DNA from: Bradymonadia bacterium
GTDB lineage: Bacteria; Myxococcota_A; Bradymonadia; REDH01
DNA length: 61,906 nt
NCBI GenBank assembly: GCA_047629415.1
Contig: JBLHWZ010000003.1
Coordinates: forward strand, 1 to 61,906
Direction of reading: 5' to 3'
Of the stretch, positions 9,352 through 25,166 are shown piece by piece (positions within the stretch are counted from its first letter, which is position 1; each line of letters opens with the position of its first letter). The notes under the pieces were generated by a model. It did no database searches and was not told the origin of the DNA. It worked only from the letters and a program-made list of their open reading frames with translations. Both the position numbers and the translations under genes were made by a program.

Positions 9352-9448
9352 TCCGGTGTTGAAGCTTGAGCCACCACCCATTGGCCGAGCACAAACCCAG
9401 GGACGAGTCACCACGGCAACGGCGACTCCCCCGAACGGCAAATGAACT

Positions 9449-11659
9449 ATGAATGTCTTCGCTCCACAGTCCGAAACGAACCCCGCGCGGCACGCTCGGC
9501 TAGTCTTCGTTGCTTTCGTCGCGGTGCTGGTCTCGGCCTGCTCGAGCACTCCGGGAACGACTCCGAACGACGCTGGCTTCGGGCCGGCCATTTCGTTCGA
9601 TACGGACGCCGGCCCCGACGCAACGAGCGACGCGGGCGATGTCGGAGTCGACGCAGGCGTTGATGTCGTCGCAGACGTGGTCGCAGACGCTGACGTGGCA
9701 TCTGACGCTGATGTTGTTGAAGATGCCGGTTGCGATGACCCGCGCGTCGGCGCGGTCTGTGGACAGTGCGGCACATACGTGTGCTCCGCTGGCGAACTCG
9801 TTTGCGAAGGCGACATCGCCAACGCATGCGGCGGTTGCGGCGATTTGGACGACGAACTCGGCAGCCAGTGCGAACGAGACTTTGGGGGCCTCGGCATCGT
9901 GGCCTGCGACACCGATGGAGAAGACACGGTGTGCGCTCCCTCCGGCTCAAACAACTGCGGAGGAACCGTGCTCCTGCCGAACGAGCCAGGCCTTCCCTGT
10001 GGCGAATGCCGCGATGGCCGTTGGATGTGTGACGAGTCCGGTGACGCGGTTACCTGCGAGGGCGCCTTGGGCCGAAACGAGTGCGGAGGATGCGGAATCG
10101 CTCCCGGAACCGCCGGCGAGTCCTGCGGAGCTTGTGAAGACGGCCTCTGGGCTTGCCTCGGCACGGACATGCGCTGCGTTGGTTCCGAAGACGCGAACGC
10201 TTGCGGAGGCTGCAATGAGCTCGACGGCGACCTTGGCGCATCGTGCGACGATGACTGCGGCTCGGGCGCGTTGGTCTGCGCTTCGGGTAACGAGCGACTC
10301 GATTGCGTCGGTGAGAGCACCGGCAACGTCTGCGGCGGCTGTGGCGAAATCACCGACGGTGGCCAAGTTGGCGCAGCATGCTCCGATTGCGGTGCATGGG
10401 AGTGCGACGGAGACTTCTCGACCATCTGCTCGAATCCTCGAACGTTCAACACTTGCGGAGGCTGCGCGATTCTCGAAGGCATCCCCGGTGACGCGTGCGG
10501 CTGCGGTGGTGTCTGGGAGTGCAACGGCACCGACGGAGTGACCTGCGTTGGCGGCGAGCCGTCGAACGAGTGTGGCGGCTGCAGCGACCTTAGCGGATTC
10601 CGGCCGGTTGGCTCGCGCTGCGGCACCTGCGGCGCCAACGCGTGCGTCGGACCGGAAGAAGTCTCCTGCGTCGACCCGGGAACGAACTCCTGCGGTTCTT
10701 GCACGGACGAGCCCGACCTCTTCGACCTCAGCGGTCCCTGCGGCTGCGGCGGCGAGTGGGTCTGCGACGGCGGTATCCCCGAGTGCGACGACGAACGAAA
10801 CAACGCTTGCGGTGGCTGCGGCGTCCTCCCGGACTCGCCACCGGGTACCGAGTGCGGAATCTGCGGCACGTACGTCTGTGATGGCACGGAGGACACCCAG
10901 TGTGTTGACGAGTCACTGAACAGCTGCGGCGGCTGTGGTGACCTTGGCATCGAGCGCCCCGGCGACGCTTGTGGCGAGTGCGATGTTCTGGCCTGCGTCG
11001 ACGGCGGAAGCCGCCTTGAGTGCGTCCCCGATGGAGCTAACGCTTGTGGCACCTGCGAACCTCTTGAGGCTCAGCCTGGATTCGACTGCGGCGAGTGCGG
11101 AACTTGGACCTGCTCCGAGGACGGCGGCGCCGTCGCCTGTGACGACCCTGGCACCAACGAGTGTGGCGGCTGCGGCGACCTGGTGCTGACGCTGGGCGAT
11201 GACTGCGGACCGTGCGACGGCAACGTCTTCGTCTGTGGTGAGGGTGGACGCATCGAGTGCGGTGGAACCCCATCCAACGCTTGCGGCGGCTGTGGCATCA
11301 TTGCGGAAGAGGAGCAGCCTCTCATGCCCTGCGACGGTTGCGGCGAGTTTAGCTGCAACGAAACTGATTCCAGCGGCAACAGCACCGTCTGCCGGCCAGG
11401 CATCGAATTCGCCTGCGGCGCATGCTCGCCCCCTGCCTACTTCCCCGAACTTGAGGAAGACGATTCCTGCGAAGTTTGCGGCGAGGCGGGCGCGCTCGTG
11501 TGCGTCGACGGTGGCGGCGAATGCTCCACGGCAGGCGCGCGCAACACCTGCGGCGGTTGCGACGAACTACCCGGAGAGCCCGGCACTGAGTGCGGCCTCT
11601 GCGGCGTCTTCAGCTGCGCCGGCGCGAACTCGCTGGCCTGCCTTGACCCCTGTTTATGA
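9449..11659 (+). CDS. Cys-rich repeat lipoprotein (~15-16 tandem ~40-aa CGGC-type units)
   Basis: The 736-aa ORF has a signal peptide plus lipobox (LVFVAFVAVLVSAC) and then an acidic D/V-rich linker. After that it repeats N-x-C-G-G-C-x(8-12)-G-x2-C-G-x-C-x(5-7)-C-x(5-8)-C. The 614-aa antisense ORF (9208-11052) is Pro/Ser-rich junk. Confidence 0.85.
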   Translation: MNVFAPQSETNPARHARLVFVAFVAVLVSACSSTPGTTPNDAGFGPAISFDTDAGPDATSDAGDVGVDAGVDVVADVVADADVASDADVVEDAGCDDPRVGAVCGQCGTYVCSAGELVCEGDIANACGGCGDLDDELGSQCERDFGGLGIVACDTDGEDTVCAPSGSNNCGGTVLLPNEPGLPCGECRDGRWMCDESGDAVTCEGALGRNECGGCGIAPGTAGESCGACEDGLWACLGTDMRCVGSEDANACGGCNELDGDLGASCDDDCGSGALVCASGNERLDCVGESTGNVCGGCGEITDGGQVGAACSDCGAWECDGDFSTICSNPRTFNTCGGCAILEGIPGDACGCGGVWECNGTDGVTCVGGEPSNECGGCSDLSGFRPVGSRCGTCGANACVGPEEVSCVDPGTNSCGSCTDEPDLFDLSGPCGCGGEWVCDGGIPECDDERNNACGGCGVLPDSPPGTECGICGTYVCDGTEDTQCVDESLNSCGGCGDLGIERPGDACGECDVLACVDGGSRLECVPDGANACGTCEPLEAQPGFDCGECGTWTCSEDGGAVACDDPGTNECGGCGDLVLTLGDDCGPCDGNVFVCGEGGRIECGGTPSNACGGCGIIAEEEQPLMPCDGCGEFSCNETDSSGNSTVCRPGIEFACGACSPPAYFPELEEDDSCEVCGEAGALVCVDGGGECSTAGARNTCGGCDELPGEPGTECGLCGVFSCAGANSLACLDPCL
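9731..11656 (+). repeat. protein-level tandem repeat region (six-Cys ~40-aa units)
   Basis: Example units are NACGGCGVLPDSPPGTECGICGTYVCDGTEDTQCVDESL, NSCGGCGDLGIERPGDACGECDVLACVDGGSRLECVPDGA and NECGGCGDLVLTLGDDCGPCDGNVFVCGEGGRIECGGTPS. Confidence 0.85.
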
Positions 11660-11727
11660 TTACCTCCCCAACTGTACACACCCCACTACTGCGGCCCGGC
11701 ACTGCAGTAGATTCTCAGGAGCTCCCG

Positions 11728-17910
<6,183 letters not shown>

Positions 17911-17942
17911 GCGTGAGTAGCGCACGCCGAAAGGTGTGAGCG

Positions 17943-17983
17943 TCGGCCACTTCCGGGCCCGGGAGTGGCCGATTTCGCTTTTT
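17943..17983 (+). terminator. rho-independent terminator after the PA14 giant gene, between convergent genes
   Basis: tcggccacttccggg/cccgggagtggccga forms a 15-bp palindromic stem with one mismatch, followed by tttcgcttttt. Confidence 0.65.
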
Positions 17984-17989
17984 ACATGC

Positions 17990-20900
17990 CTAATTTCTGC
18001 GGCCACCGCGCCTTCGGCGGCGCTCGGGCTCTTCTGGTGTCGGCGCCGCTTGAACCGAACGCGCGGCCTCACGGATTCGATCCCAGTGCTCAAGGAACTG
18101 CGTCTGCGATTCGGACTGCACTTCGAATCCGGGTTCGCTGACCGATAGCCGGAGGGCTTGCCCACTAAAACCGACAGCTTCCTCGTACCGGCCCTGTCGG
18201 TAGAGCGCCCAAGCGAGTGTGTCGACAACGCTCGAACTGACGCGTCCAGCGTTCAGGATGGCGCTACGGGCCAAGTCTTCGGCTTCGTCAAACAGCTCGG
18301 TGTGTTCGAGAAGCAAGAACCCAAGGTTGTTCTGTGCCGTCGGGTCGTTTGGCCAGAGTTCCAGGTGAGCACGATAGGTCGCGATCGCGCCGGCAGTGTC
18401 GCCCGAATCTTCAAGCAGACTCGCAACTCGAACAGTTAAGCCGGCAATCGGAGCCAGTCGAAGCGCGCCCGGCAACTGGTCTTCGACGTAGCGAATTCCT
18501 GCTTCTGGATTGCTCTCACCCAAAGCACTGATCACCATGGCGGCACCTCCGCTCCGGATCCTGGAGTGCGCTCCGGGGATGCGGCGCAAAGCTTGGGCCA
18601 CTAGGTCCGCGCTCTCTACCATGCCGGCCGAGCTGAGCGCCGAGAGGAGCTGTGGCGCATCTGATGTCAGGTCGAATGCCTCTCGTAGAAAAGAGTTCGT
18701 GTCGCCGCTCGCCTGCTCCGTGTTGCCAAGTCGAGCGTGGGCCACTGCACGTTGGGCGTACGCACCCGCCGAGCTGGAGGCGCGCAACGCTCGGGTGGCT
18801 AGCCCTACAGCGAGCTCGCTTTGCCCGCGGTCATTCGCGCGAGCTGCAAGACTCAGAGCTTGGCCTGGTTCCAGAGCGTCCAGAACCGCTGGGAGCTCGT
18901 CTCTAACGATGCCGAGGAGAAAGCGTGCACGAGTCGGAATGTCCGAGCAGCCGTCCGCCAGCGCGAGGGCTGCTTGGTCAGCGTTTCGGCGCACCAGCCA
19001 CGCGAGTGAGTGGTTGACGCCACCGCGGTCGCAGCGCAATCCTATCACGAGCTGGCGGAGTCCGAGCCGGTCCTCGTCCGGCTCGTAGAGGGTCCGGTAG
19101 AGGAGCAACTCAAGCTCCCCCGGCCGCTCCAGCAGGGCCCGATCGACTACCCGCAGGAATGCGGTCCGATCGACGATAGGGTGGATACTCTCCAGCGCTT
19201 GCACAATGAGAGAGTAGGGTGCTCTAGCGGTCGGAAGCGCCGCTATCAGCTCGGCGACGGCGCGATCGACCTCGCCGGACAGATACGTCACATCGAAGCG
19301 CCAGAGCAACGCCTCGTCCGAAGAGTCGAGGTCCTGTGCGAACTCGCTGGCGAGCGAGCTGAAGCCCATGTCACGTGCCGCCGTAGCGACCCAGAAATCA
19401 TCGGCATCTGAGTTGCGCCAGTCGTCCAGCCGCTCCGATGACATCGTGCCGTTTCGGAGCATGAGACCGAGCTGCGCACTGGCGATCGAATCGAAGTCGG
19501 GCCCATGGGCGGACCAAGTCGCGAGCATTCGATCCGCAGATTCGTAGTCTCCGGTCCGGGCCAACTCTCGGACCATCTCCTGCGTGAGTTCAGGCTCCGC
19601 GGTTGCTCGGCTTTCAAGTGCTACTGCGACCTCTCCTCCGCCGATGGCGGCAGCGACGAGCCACGACTGAGACTCGAACGGCCCCCTTAATGTCGGTCGC
19701 AGAAGCGCCCACGCCTCTGCGTCGAATCCGCTGGCCGCCAGGACCCGCATCGCTCCGGCGTAGGATGCGCGGTCCTCTTGGGAGGCGTCGGGCGGAAGCC
19801 TCAGGGTCAGTACGTCGTCGTAGCGGCCAACCGCAATCGCGTCCCTCGACGAGAGTGCGACCCCGCTCTGAGATGAGTAACCGGCCTGAAGTTCGAGCAA
19901 CGAGAGTGACCAGCCGGGGGCCGACATGTCCAAGCCGTTCGTGGCGGTGAGCCGAGCCGCTTCCCACTCCCCGCCGACCGCGTAGAGGGCCGCTAGGTCT
20001 CGCCAACGTTCGTTGGAGCCGCCACCCGCCATCGCCGCCTCAAGGACGGCTGCCGCCTCAAGCGGCGAGCCGGCTCGGGCGAGTAAGTCTGAGCGCGTGG
20101 CCTGGGGATCTTCCGCGTTCGTCCGACTCACCGTGGTCTCGATCAACGCGATCGCCTGGGAGAAGGGAAGCGTTTCAAAAGCCGCATCTGCGAACTGGTC
20201 CAGGAGCTGTTCGGCAGACTGCGGCGACATCGAACTCGCGCGTCGCTGCCAGAGTTCTACGCCCTCTCGGTAGTAGCCGTGCCTCAGGTAGACCCGTGCT
20301 GCCTCGCCGGGCGGCACTGCAGTGCGAGCGAGACGTCGGAGCGCGCGAGCGGGGAGGCCAGCAGCCAACTCGTAGTCAGCCAGCCGCAGCGACACCTCCG
20401 TCGAGTTAGGGACCGCCTCGAGCACTTCGATCGCGAGGTCCCCGCGGCCGGTCCGTGAGAAGCTGGCCGCAGCATAAAGTGCCGTCTGGGCCTCCCGTCC
20501 GTCTCGCATTGCACCGTCGACCGCGCGCAGGAAATGACCATGAGCGCGGTCCGCCTCGCCGGCGAACGCTCGAAGGTCGCCAAGCTCGAGCTCGGCGCTC
20601 CAGTCATCGGGGACGAGTTCGAGAACTCGCGTCCAGCAAAGCAGCGCTTCTTCCGGTCGTTCGATCGCCTGAGCCACCGAACCGAGCGCACGCCAGGCGT
20701 CTGGACCTGCACCTGCTGCCGCAGCGATCCGTTCCAGCTGCGAGCGAGAGATCTCCCCACCAGTCATGCGAAGAGAGCTGAGAAGCGCACGCTCCAGAAT
20801 GAGCTGGGAGGATGAGCCGGAGAGCTCAAGCCGTCGAATCGATGTCTGCGCGGCAAGGGCCCAGAGTTCCGCTCTCTCATAGAGGCGGCTGGCCGTTCCC

Positions 20901-23596
20901 ATCAGTGCCGCTGCTCGCGCGTCCCGATCGCGAACGTTCAGATAGCGCGCCGGCGGAACACCCTCAGGTTCGGCAAGTCGCGCCGCAGGAAAGGTGAAAT
21001 AGCGCTCGATTAGCTCCTGCGCCTCGTCGATCTCGTCCAGCTCGATCGCGTAGCCGATGATCGACGCTGCGGTGGCTTCTAACGCTTCGCTTGTTCGGGC
21101 CTCCAACTGAAGCTGGCGCCGCCCAACGTCCAAGGCATCTCGCGTATAGTGGCTCTGATGGAGGGCGACCCGTAGTCGGCTCAGCGCTGCCTCTTCAAAC
21201 TCGTCCAGCGCTCGGTTTATCAACGGGTCCAACTCGATTCGAGGCGCTCCTGAAGCGGCGAGTGAGAGTAAGGAGAGTTGGAGGGATGTTAGCCTCTCAG
21301 GGTTCTCGGCGAGGTCTCGCAGGTGTAGCTCCGCCGCTACGTCGTGAAGACCTGCATCCGCGAACGTCTGGGCTCGAAACGAGGCCTCACGGTTGATCCG
21401 CATCGCGCTGCGGAACGACAGCCGAGCGTCCACGCGGTGTTCCATGGCGCCGCGCGGACTGAGCCCGCTACGAGCTGCCTCTTCCGCGTGAGCATCGGCC
21501 AGCGCGACCCACACTTGGTACGGACGCTCGGACGGGTCGATCGCATGCAACACTCGGATCAAGACCGCGCGATCGTCGACGCGCTCAAGCCAACGCATCA
21601 CCTCTGAGAGTACCGACGGATCCTCGGAAAGTGCCGCCGAGTAAGCCCGTTGTGCGGCGACGCTCTCCCCCATCTCGACGTATGACGCCCCAAGCCGCAT
21701 CTGCACGTCAGCCATTGGAATTCCCATCGCGGCCGCCCGTTCGCCCAGCTCGAGAACGTCTCGGGGTTGCAGGACGGAGAAGAGCTGCTCGACGGACCAA
21801 AGCTCTTCCCACGTCGCGGCTTCGTTCGGGCCGGCAGCGTTCACGAACCCCCAGATGGCCTCCAGAGTCCCATCCGAAGCGCCGGCGCCGGCGAAATAAC
21901 GGGCGGCCTGGAGCCAGGCAAACTCAGCTGCGCTCTGGCCCTGCAACGCGTCGAACCTCCGCGCCGAGTCGCTGTGTTTCGCGACGTCTTCGTAAGCGAT
22001 CGCGATGAACAGGGGCGTGTCGAAGTGGTTCGACATCCAGCGCGCAACGCCGATCAGAGCCGTCAACTCGTCGTCCGCTGCGGAGGCGTAGAGTGCGAGG
22101 GCGTCGCGAGCCGCTGCCTCATCTCCAGCGTTCATCCGCCGCAGCGCGAGCTCAGACACAAGCGTGAAGTCACCGGGAGAGAGGCCAACCGCAGAGGCGA
22201 GCAGCTCGTCACCAAGCGCTCGAACGCCGGGGTCTGCGGTTCGGTCCAGCGCTACGAGAAGACGGAGGACTGCCGGCGTCGACATATTCTGTCGGACCCG
22301 GTCGACGGCCTCTGCCGAGATGGCCAGTCGATGCTCGCCAACGGCAGCCTCATCCGACACATAGAGGTAGGTCGCCACCAATTCTGGGTCGTTGATTCGG
22401 CGCATGACCGCGTGACGTAGGAGGGGCTCCGCTCCTAGGAAGTCGCCGGAGTCGACGAGGGCCATTCCGACGGTGGCCGCGAGGCCGGGCAGTTCACACT
22501 GCTGAAGACGATCTCGGATTCGCTGCGCGACGCCTACGGAGCGGCCAGCCACGATCTCTGTCCGCGCCCGGAGCAGCTCTCCGGTCGCGGCCCGCTCTGG
22601 TTCGGCGCACGGGGCTTCACTCGCTGCGAGAACAAACTCGAAGAGGTGGGAGTGGTCTCGATGCCGGAGAGCCACATCGTAGGCGGCTGCTAACTCGTCT
22701 GCCTGCTGTCCCGCCGCTCGCTCTAAGGACTCGCGAGCGGAATCGGTGTCGCCCGCCAAGTACTCAGCATTTGCTGCTCCGCGTAGCCATCGGCCATCCA
22801 TCGCCGGGTCCTCTTCGGCGGCGATGTGGAATGCAGCCGCGCCGGCGGGATACGCTCCGCGTGTAGCAAACTCCTGCGCCAATTCAGCGAGGGCAGCGGC
22901 TCCGCCACCGGTCAGTTCCGAGATCTCCGCCCTCAACTCCACACGGTCAGACGGAGCAAGACGATCCAGGCGGTAGAGCTCCGCCGCGACTCGGTGCTTC
23001 TCCAGAATGTACCGATCTCCGAGTAGCGTGCGGAACGCCCCTACAGCTCCATGAACAGCGCGGACGTCCCCGCGGTAGTGCATTTGATAGAGCGCGACAT
23101 CCAGCGCGGAGTCGATCGCCGTCGCGAGCTCGTCGCTCCCAGCGGCATCTGGGGGAAGCCCGCCGATCAACGCGATTGAAGCCGCCTGACTGTCATTGAT
23201 GAGCCGCGCGAACACGGCTCCGAAGAAGCTCGGACTACCAGGGACCGGGAGTACTTGCCCCGCTTCGAACGCCTCACGCCAGGAGGTCGCGTACCGCCTG
23301 GCGTCTGAATCCAGTTCGGCGATCGCGATTGAGCGTGAACGGAGCTCCTCATTTGTCGCAGCGTCTACATCGGCGAGCGCCTCGGCAGCGCCGGTAAGAT
23401 CGCCTCGCGCGATCAACGTATCAACGATGACGAGCTGCGCACCAGACTGACCTCGCTCGTGTGCTCGCCGCGCTTCGAATTCTGCGGAGTCAAAGTCCCC
23501 GCGCTCGTACGCCGTTTGCGATCGAGACAGCGGGCCGCCACACGCCATTGCGCCGGCGAGCGACCCGATAAGGAGCCAGTGCTGCGCTCGCGTCAC
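17990..23596 (-). CDS. giant TPR/helical-repeat protein (1868 aa), probably exported
   Basis: The long Ala/Leu/Arg-rich helical-repeat sequence has recognisable TPR units near the C-terminus (WPNDPTAQNNLGFLLLE..., LAWALYRQGRYEEAVGFSGQALRL). The N-terminus MTRAQHWLLIGSLAGAMACGG is signal-like with a non-canonical lipobox. Its start overlaps the stop of the upstream gene (ATGA at 23593-23596). Confidence 0.8.
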   Translation of the reverse strand: MTRAQHWLLIGSLAGAMACGGPLSRSQTAYERGDFDSAEFEARRAHERGQSGAQLVIVDTLIARGDLTGAAEALADVDAATNEELRSRSIAIAELDSDARRYATSWREAFEAGQVLPVPGSPSFFGAVFARLINDSQAASIALIGGLPPDAAGSDELATAIDSALDVALYQMHYRGDVRAVHGAVGAFRTLLGDRYILEKHRVAAELYRLDRLAPSDRVELRAEISELTGGGAAALAELAQEFATRGAYPAGAAAFHIAAEEDPAMDGRWLRGAANAEYLAGDTDSARESLERAAGQQADELAAAYDVALRHRDHSHLFEFVLAASEAPCAEPERAATGELLRARTEIVAGRSVGVAQRIRDRLQQCELPGLAATVGMALVDSGDFLGAEPLLRHAVMRRINDPELVATYLYVSDEAAVGEHRLAISAEAVDRVRQNMSTPAVLRLLVALDRTADPGVRALGDELLASAVGLSPGDFTLVSELALRRMNAGDEAAARDALALYASAADDELTALIGVARWMSNHFDTPLFIAIAYEDVAKHSDSARRFDALQGQSAAEFAWLQAARYFAGAGASDGTLEAIWGFVNAAGPNEAATWEELWSVEQLFSVLQPRDVLELGERAAAMGIPMADVQMRLGASYVEMGESVAAQRAYSAALSEDPSVLSEVMRWLERVDDRAVLIRVLHAIDPSERPYQVWVALADAHAEEAARSGLSPRGAMEHRVDARLSFRSAMRINREASFRAQTFADAGLHDVAAELHLRDLAENPERLTSLQLSLLSLAASGAPRIELDPLINRALDEFEEAALSRLRVALHQSHYTRDALDVGRRQLQLEARTSEALEATAASIIGYAIELDEIDEAQELIERYFTFPAARLAEPEGVPPARYLNVRDRDARAAALMGTASRLYERAELWALAAQTSIRRLELSGSSSQLILERALLSSLRMTGGEISRSQLERIAAAAGAGPDAWRALGSVAQAIERPEEALLCWTRVLELVPDDWSAELELGDLRAFAGEADRAHGHFLRAVDGAMRDGREAQTALYAAASFSRTGRGDLAIEVLEAVPNSTEVSLRLADYELAAGLPARALRRLARTAVPPGEAARVYLRHGYYREGVELWQRRASSMSPQSAEQLLDQFADAAFETLPFSQAIALIETTVSRTNAEDPQATRSDLLARAGSPLEAAAVLEAAMAGGGSNERWRDLAALYAVGGEWEAARLTATNGLDMSAPGWSLSLLELQAGYSSQSGVALSSRDAIAVGRYDDVLTLRLPPDASQEDRASYAGAMRVLAASGFDAEAWALLRPTLRGPFESQSWLVAAAIGGGEVAVALESRATAEPELTQEMVRELARTGDYESADRMLATWSAHGPDFDSIASAQLGLMLRNGTMSSERLDDWRNSDADDFWVATAARDMGFSSLASEFAQDLDSSDEALLWRFDVTYLSGEVDRAVAELIAALPTARAPYSLIVQALESIHPIVDRTAFLRVVDRALLERPGELELLLYRTLYEPDEDRLGLRQLVIGLRCDRGGVNHSLAWLVRRNADQAALALADGCSDIPTRARFLLGIVRDELPAVLDALEPGQALSLAARANDRGQSELAVGLATRALRASSSAGAYAQRAVAHARLGNTEQASGDTNSFLREAFDLTSDAPQLLSALSSAGMVESADLVAQALRRIPGAHSRIRSGGAAMVISALGESNPEAGIRYVEDQLPGALRLAPIAGLTVRVASLLEDSGDTAGAIATYRAHLELWPNDPTAQNNLGFLLLEHTELFDEAEDLARSAILNAGRVSSSVVDTLAWALYRQGRYEEAVGFSGQALRLSVSEPGFEVQSESQTQFLEHWDRIREAARSVQAAPTPEEPERRRRRGGRRN

Positions 23597-24423
23597 GGGC
23601 CCGATGAAGAAGCGAGGGCCTCCTGGCGCAACCTAAGAATCTCCGACGCAGTCTCTTCGACCGCCATGTTGGTCACGTCGATGATCGGCCACTCCGTACG
23701 TTCCCGGTAGAGTCGCAGCGCCCAGCGCACTTCGTCGAACACGTGCCGGCGATCGGCGTAAGCCCCGTCTGCGTCGACCCCCAGGTGGGCGAGACGGCTC
23801 TGACGTATGTCCATCAATTTCGCTGGATCGATCGTCAGGGCCACCACCCTCCCGGGCGGCAGGTTGAAGAGTTCCGGCGGCGGCTCGATACCCTGCACGA
23901 TCGGGATGTTCGCAACCTTATACCCCTGGCCGGCGAGGCAGGTGGAGACAGGAGTCTTTGACGTACGACTAACGCCGACCAGCACAATGTCCGCGTCGTT
24001 GAAAAACGAGACTCGCCGTCCGTCGTCCGCTTCCACCGTGAATTCCAACGCGGCGACGCGTCGGAAATAGTCGTCATCAAGCCGATGGCGCCGTCCCGGC
24101 TCCCCAGTCGGCTGTTCCTCCAAGTATTCGCTCAGCGTCCCAAGAAGCACTCCGATGAGATCCACTGATGGAACACGGAGGTTCAGGCACATCGAACTCA
24201 CCCAGTCGCGCAGATCAGCGTCGACGAGCGTGTGAACGACGACAGCGTGCCCCTCGGCAGCGAGACGAATCGGCTTTTCCGCGTCCGCTACTCGCCGAAC
24301 GCGTGGCCAAACCCGAAGATCAACGTCATCACCGCCGAACTGTACCAGGGCCGATCGAACGACGCTTTCTGCCGTGTTTCCGGTCGAATCTGAGACTACG
24401 AACACGGTTCTGGGGACTGCCAT
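23593..24423 (-). CDS. ppsR: PEP synthase / pyruvate phosphate dikinase regulatory protein family (DUF299 kinase-pyrophosphorylase)
   Basis: VFVVSDSTGNTAE at the N-terminus and the P-loop-like VLVGVSRTSKTPVS are typical of PSRP/PDRP, and the length is 276 aa. Confidence 0.8.
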   Translation of the reverse strand: MAVPRTVFVVSDSTGNTAESVVRSALVQFGGDDVDLRVWPRVRRVADAEKPIRLAAEGHAVVVHTLVDADLRDWVSSMCLNLRVPSVDLIGVLLGTLSEYLEEQPTGEPGRRHRLDDDYFRRVAALEFTVEADDGRRVSFFNDADIVLVGVSRTSKTPVSTCLAGQGYKVANIPIVQGIEPPPELFNLPPGRVVALTIDPAKLMDIRQSRLAHLGVDADGAYADRRHVFDEVRWALRLYRERTEWPIIDVTNMAVEETASEILRLRQEALASSSGP

Positions 24424-24581
24424 CTACGCCTGTGGGGGACTGACCGACATGAACACACCCACGATGCGCACTTTCGGCTCGCAAGACAATGGACACGGCG
24501 CGAGCCTGATCGTGCCCGACTCAAGCTTGCATCTCGCCGATTAGCGTTGACATTGGCCCAGTCTCACACCCTGCTTGTCCC

Positions 24582-25166
24582 ATGCTCGGCAAACTCTTCC
24601 TCACATTCACCATCACGACGACGGTCGAGCTCTTCTTGCTGATCGAAATCGGGAAACTGATGGGACTCGGACCGACACTTGGAATGATCCTCTTCACAGG
24701 ATTCGTCGGTGCCTGGTTGGCGAAGCGAGAAGGGCTGAAGACGATCAGCAAGCTCCGGACGGAACTGGGCGGCGGCCAGATGCCCGCCGACTCCTTATTG
24801 GATGGGCTCGCGATCTTGGTCGCCGGCGCATTCCTCCTGACACCAGGCGTACTCACCGACTTGGCCGGTTTTTCCTTGCTCTTCCCGCCAACCCGAGCCC
24901 TCATCAAGTCAGTCGCAGTACAGCGCTTTCAGGGGATGCTCCGAGCCGGAGTAGCGTCTGGCCGCGTTAACGTGATGGGCTTTCCGCCCAGTCCCTTTGG
25001 GGCTGGCACCATCGATGCCGAATTCACCACGCAGCCGCCGTCCGGGCCATCCGAGCGAACCAGCCCGGCTCGCGAGCCGGAAATGGTCACGTCAGGTCCC
25101 ACGGCTGCTCAAGGTCCGGAGCGTGTCTATAACGCCGGCGACGTGATCGATATCACCCCCACCTAG
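24582..25166 (+). CDS. fxsA: FxsA family membrane protein
   Basis: ELFLLIEIGKLMG..TLGMILFTGFVGAWLAKREG and LLDGLAILVAGAFLLTPGVLTDLAGFSLLFPPTR match the FxsA/UPF0716 pattern. Confidence 0.8.
   Translation: MLGKLFLTFTITTTVELFLLIEIGKLMGLGPTLGMILFTGFVGAWLAKREGLKTISKLRTELGGGQMPADSLLDGLAILVAGAFLLTPGVLTDLAGFSLLFPPTRALIKSVAVQRFQGMLRAGVASGRVNVMGFPPSPFGAGTIDAEFTTQPPSGPSERTSPAREPEMVTSGPTAAQGPERVYNAGDVIDITPT

Noticed and set aside
9040-9369. 109-aa Cys/His-rich plus-strand ORF in the PCD / CGGC-gene spacer.
   Set aside because: It overlaps the 5' end of the PCD gene on the opposite strand and runs through the palindrome-rich promoter region. Its Cys/His content comes from TGTG/CACA DNA repeats.
9208-11052. 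614-aa minus-strand ORF covering most of the CGGC-repeat gene.
   Set aside because: It is Pro/Ser/Gln-rich low-complexity sequence antisense to a gene with a clear lipobox and periodic Cys pattern. This is a typical high-GC antisense artefact.
11656-11727. ATGA-coupled start of the PA14 giant gene at 11656, as given in the ORF track.
   Set aside because: The ATG at 11728 has an AGGAG 6 nt upstream and yields a canonical signal peptide plus lipobox. The 24 extra residues from 11656 would bury the signal peptide. This start is kept as an alternative only.
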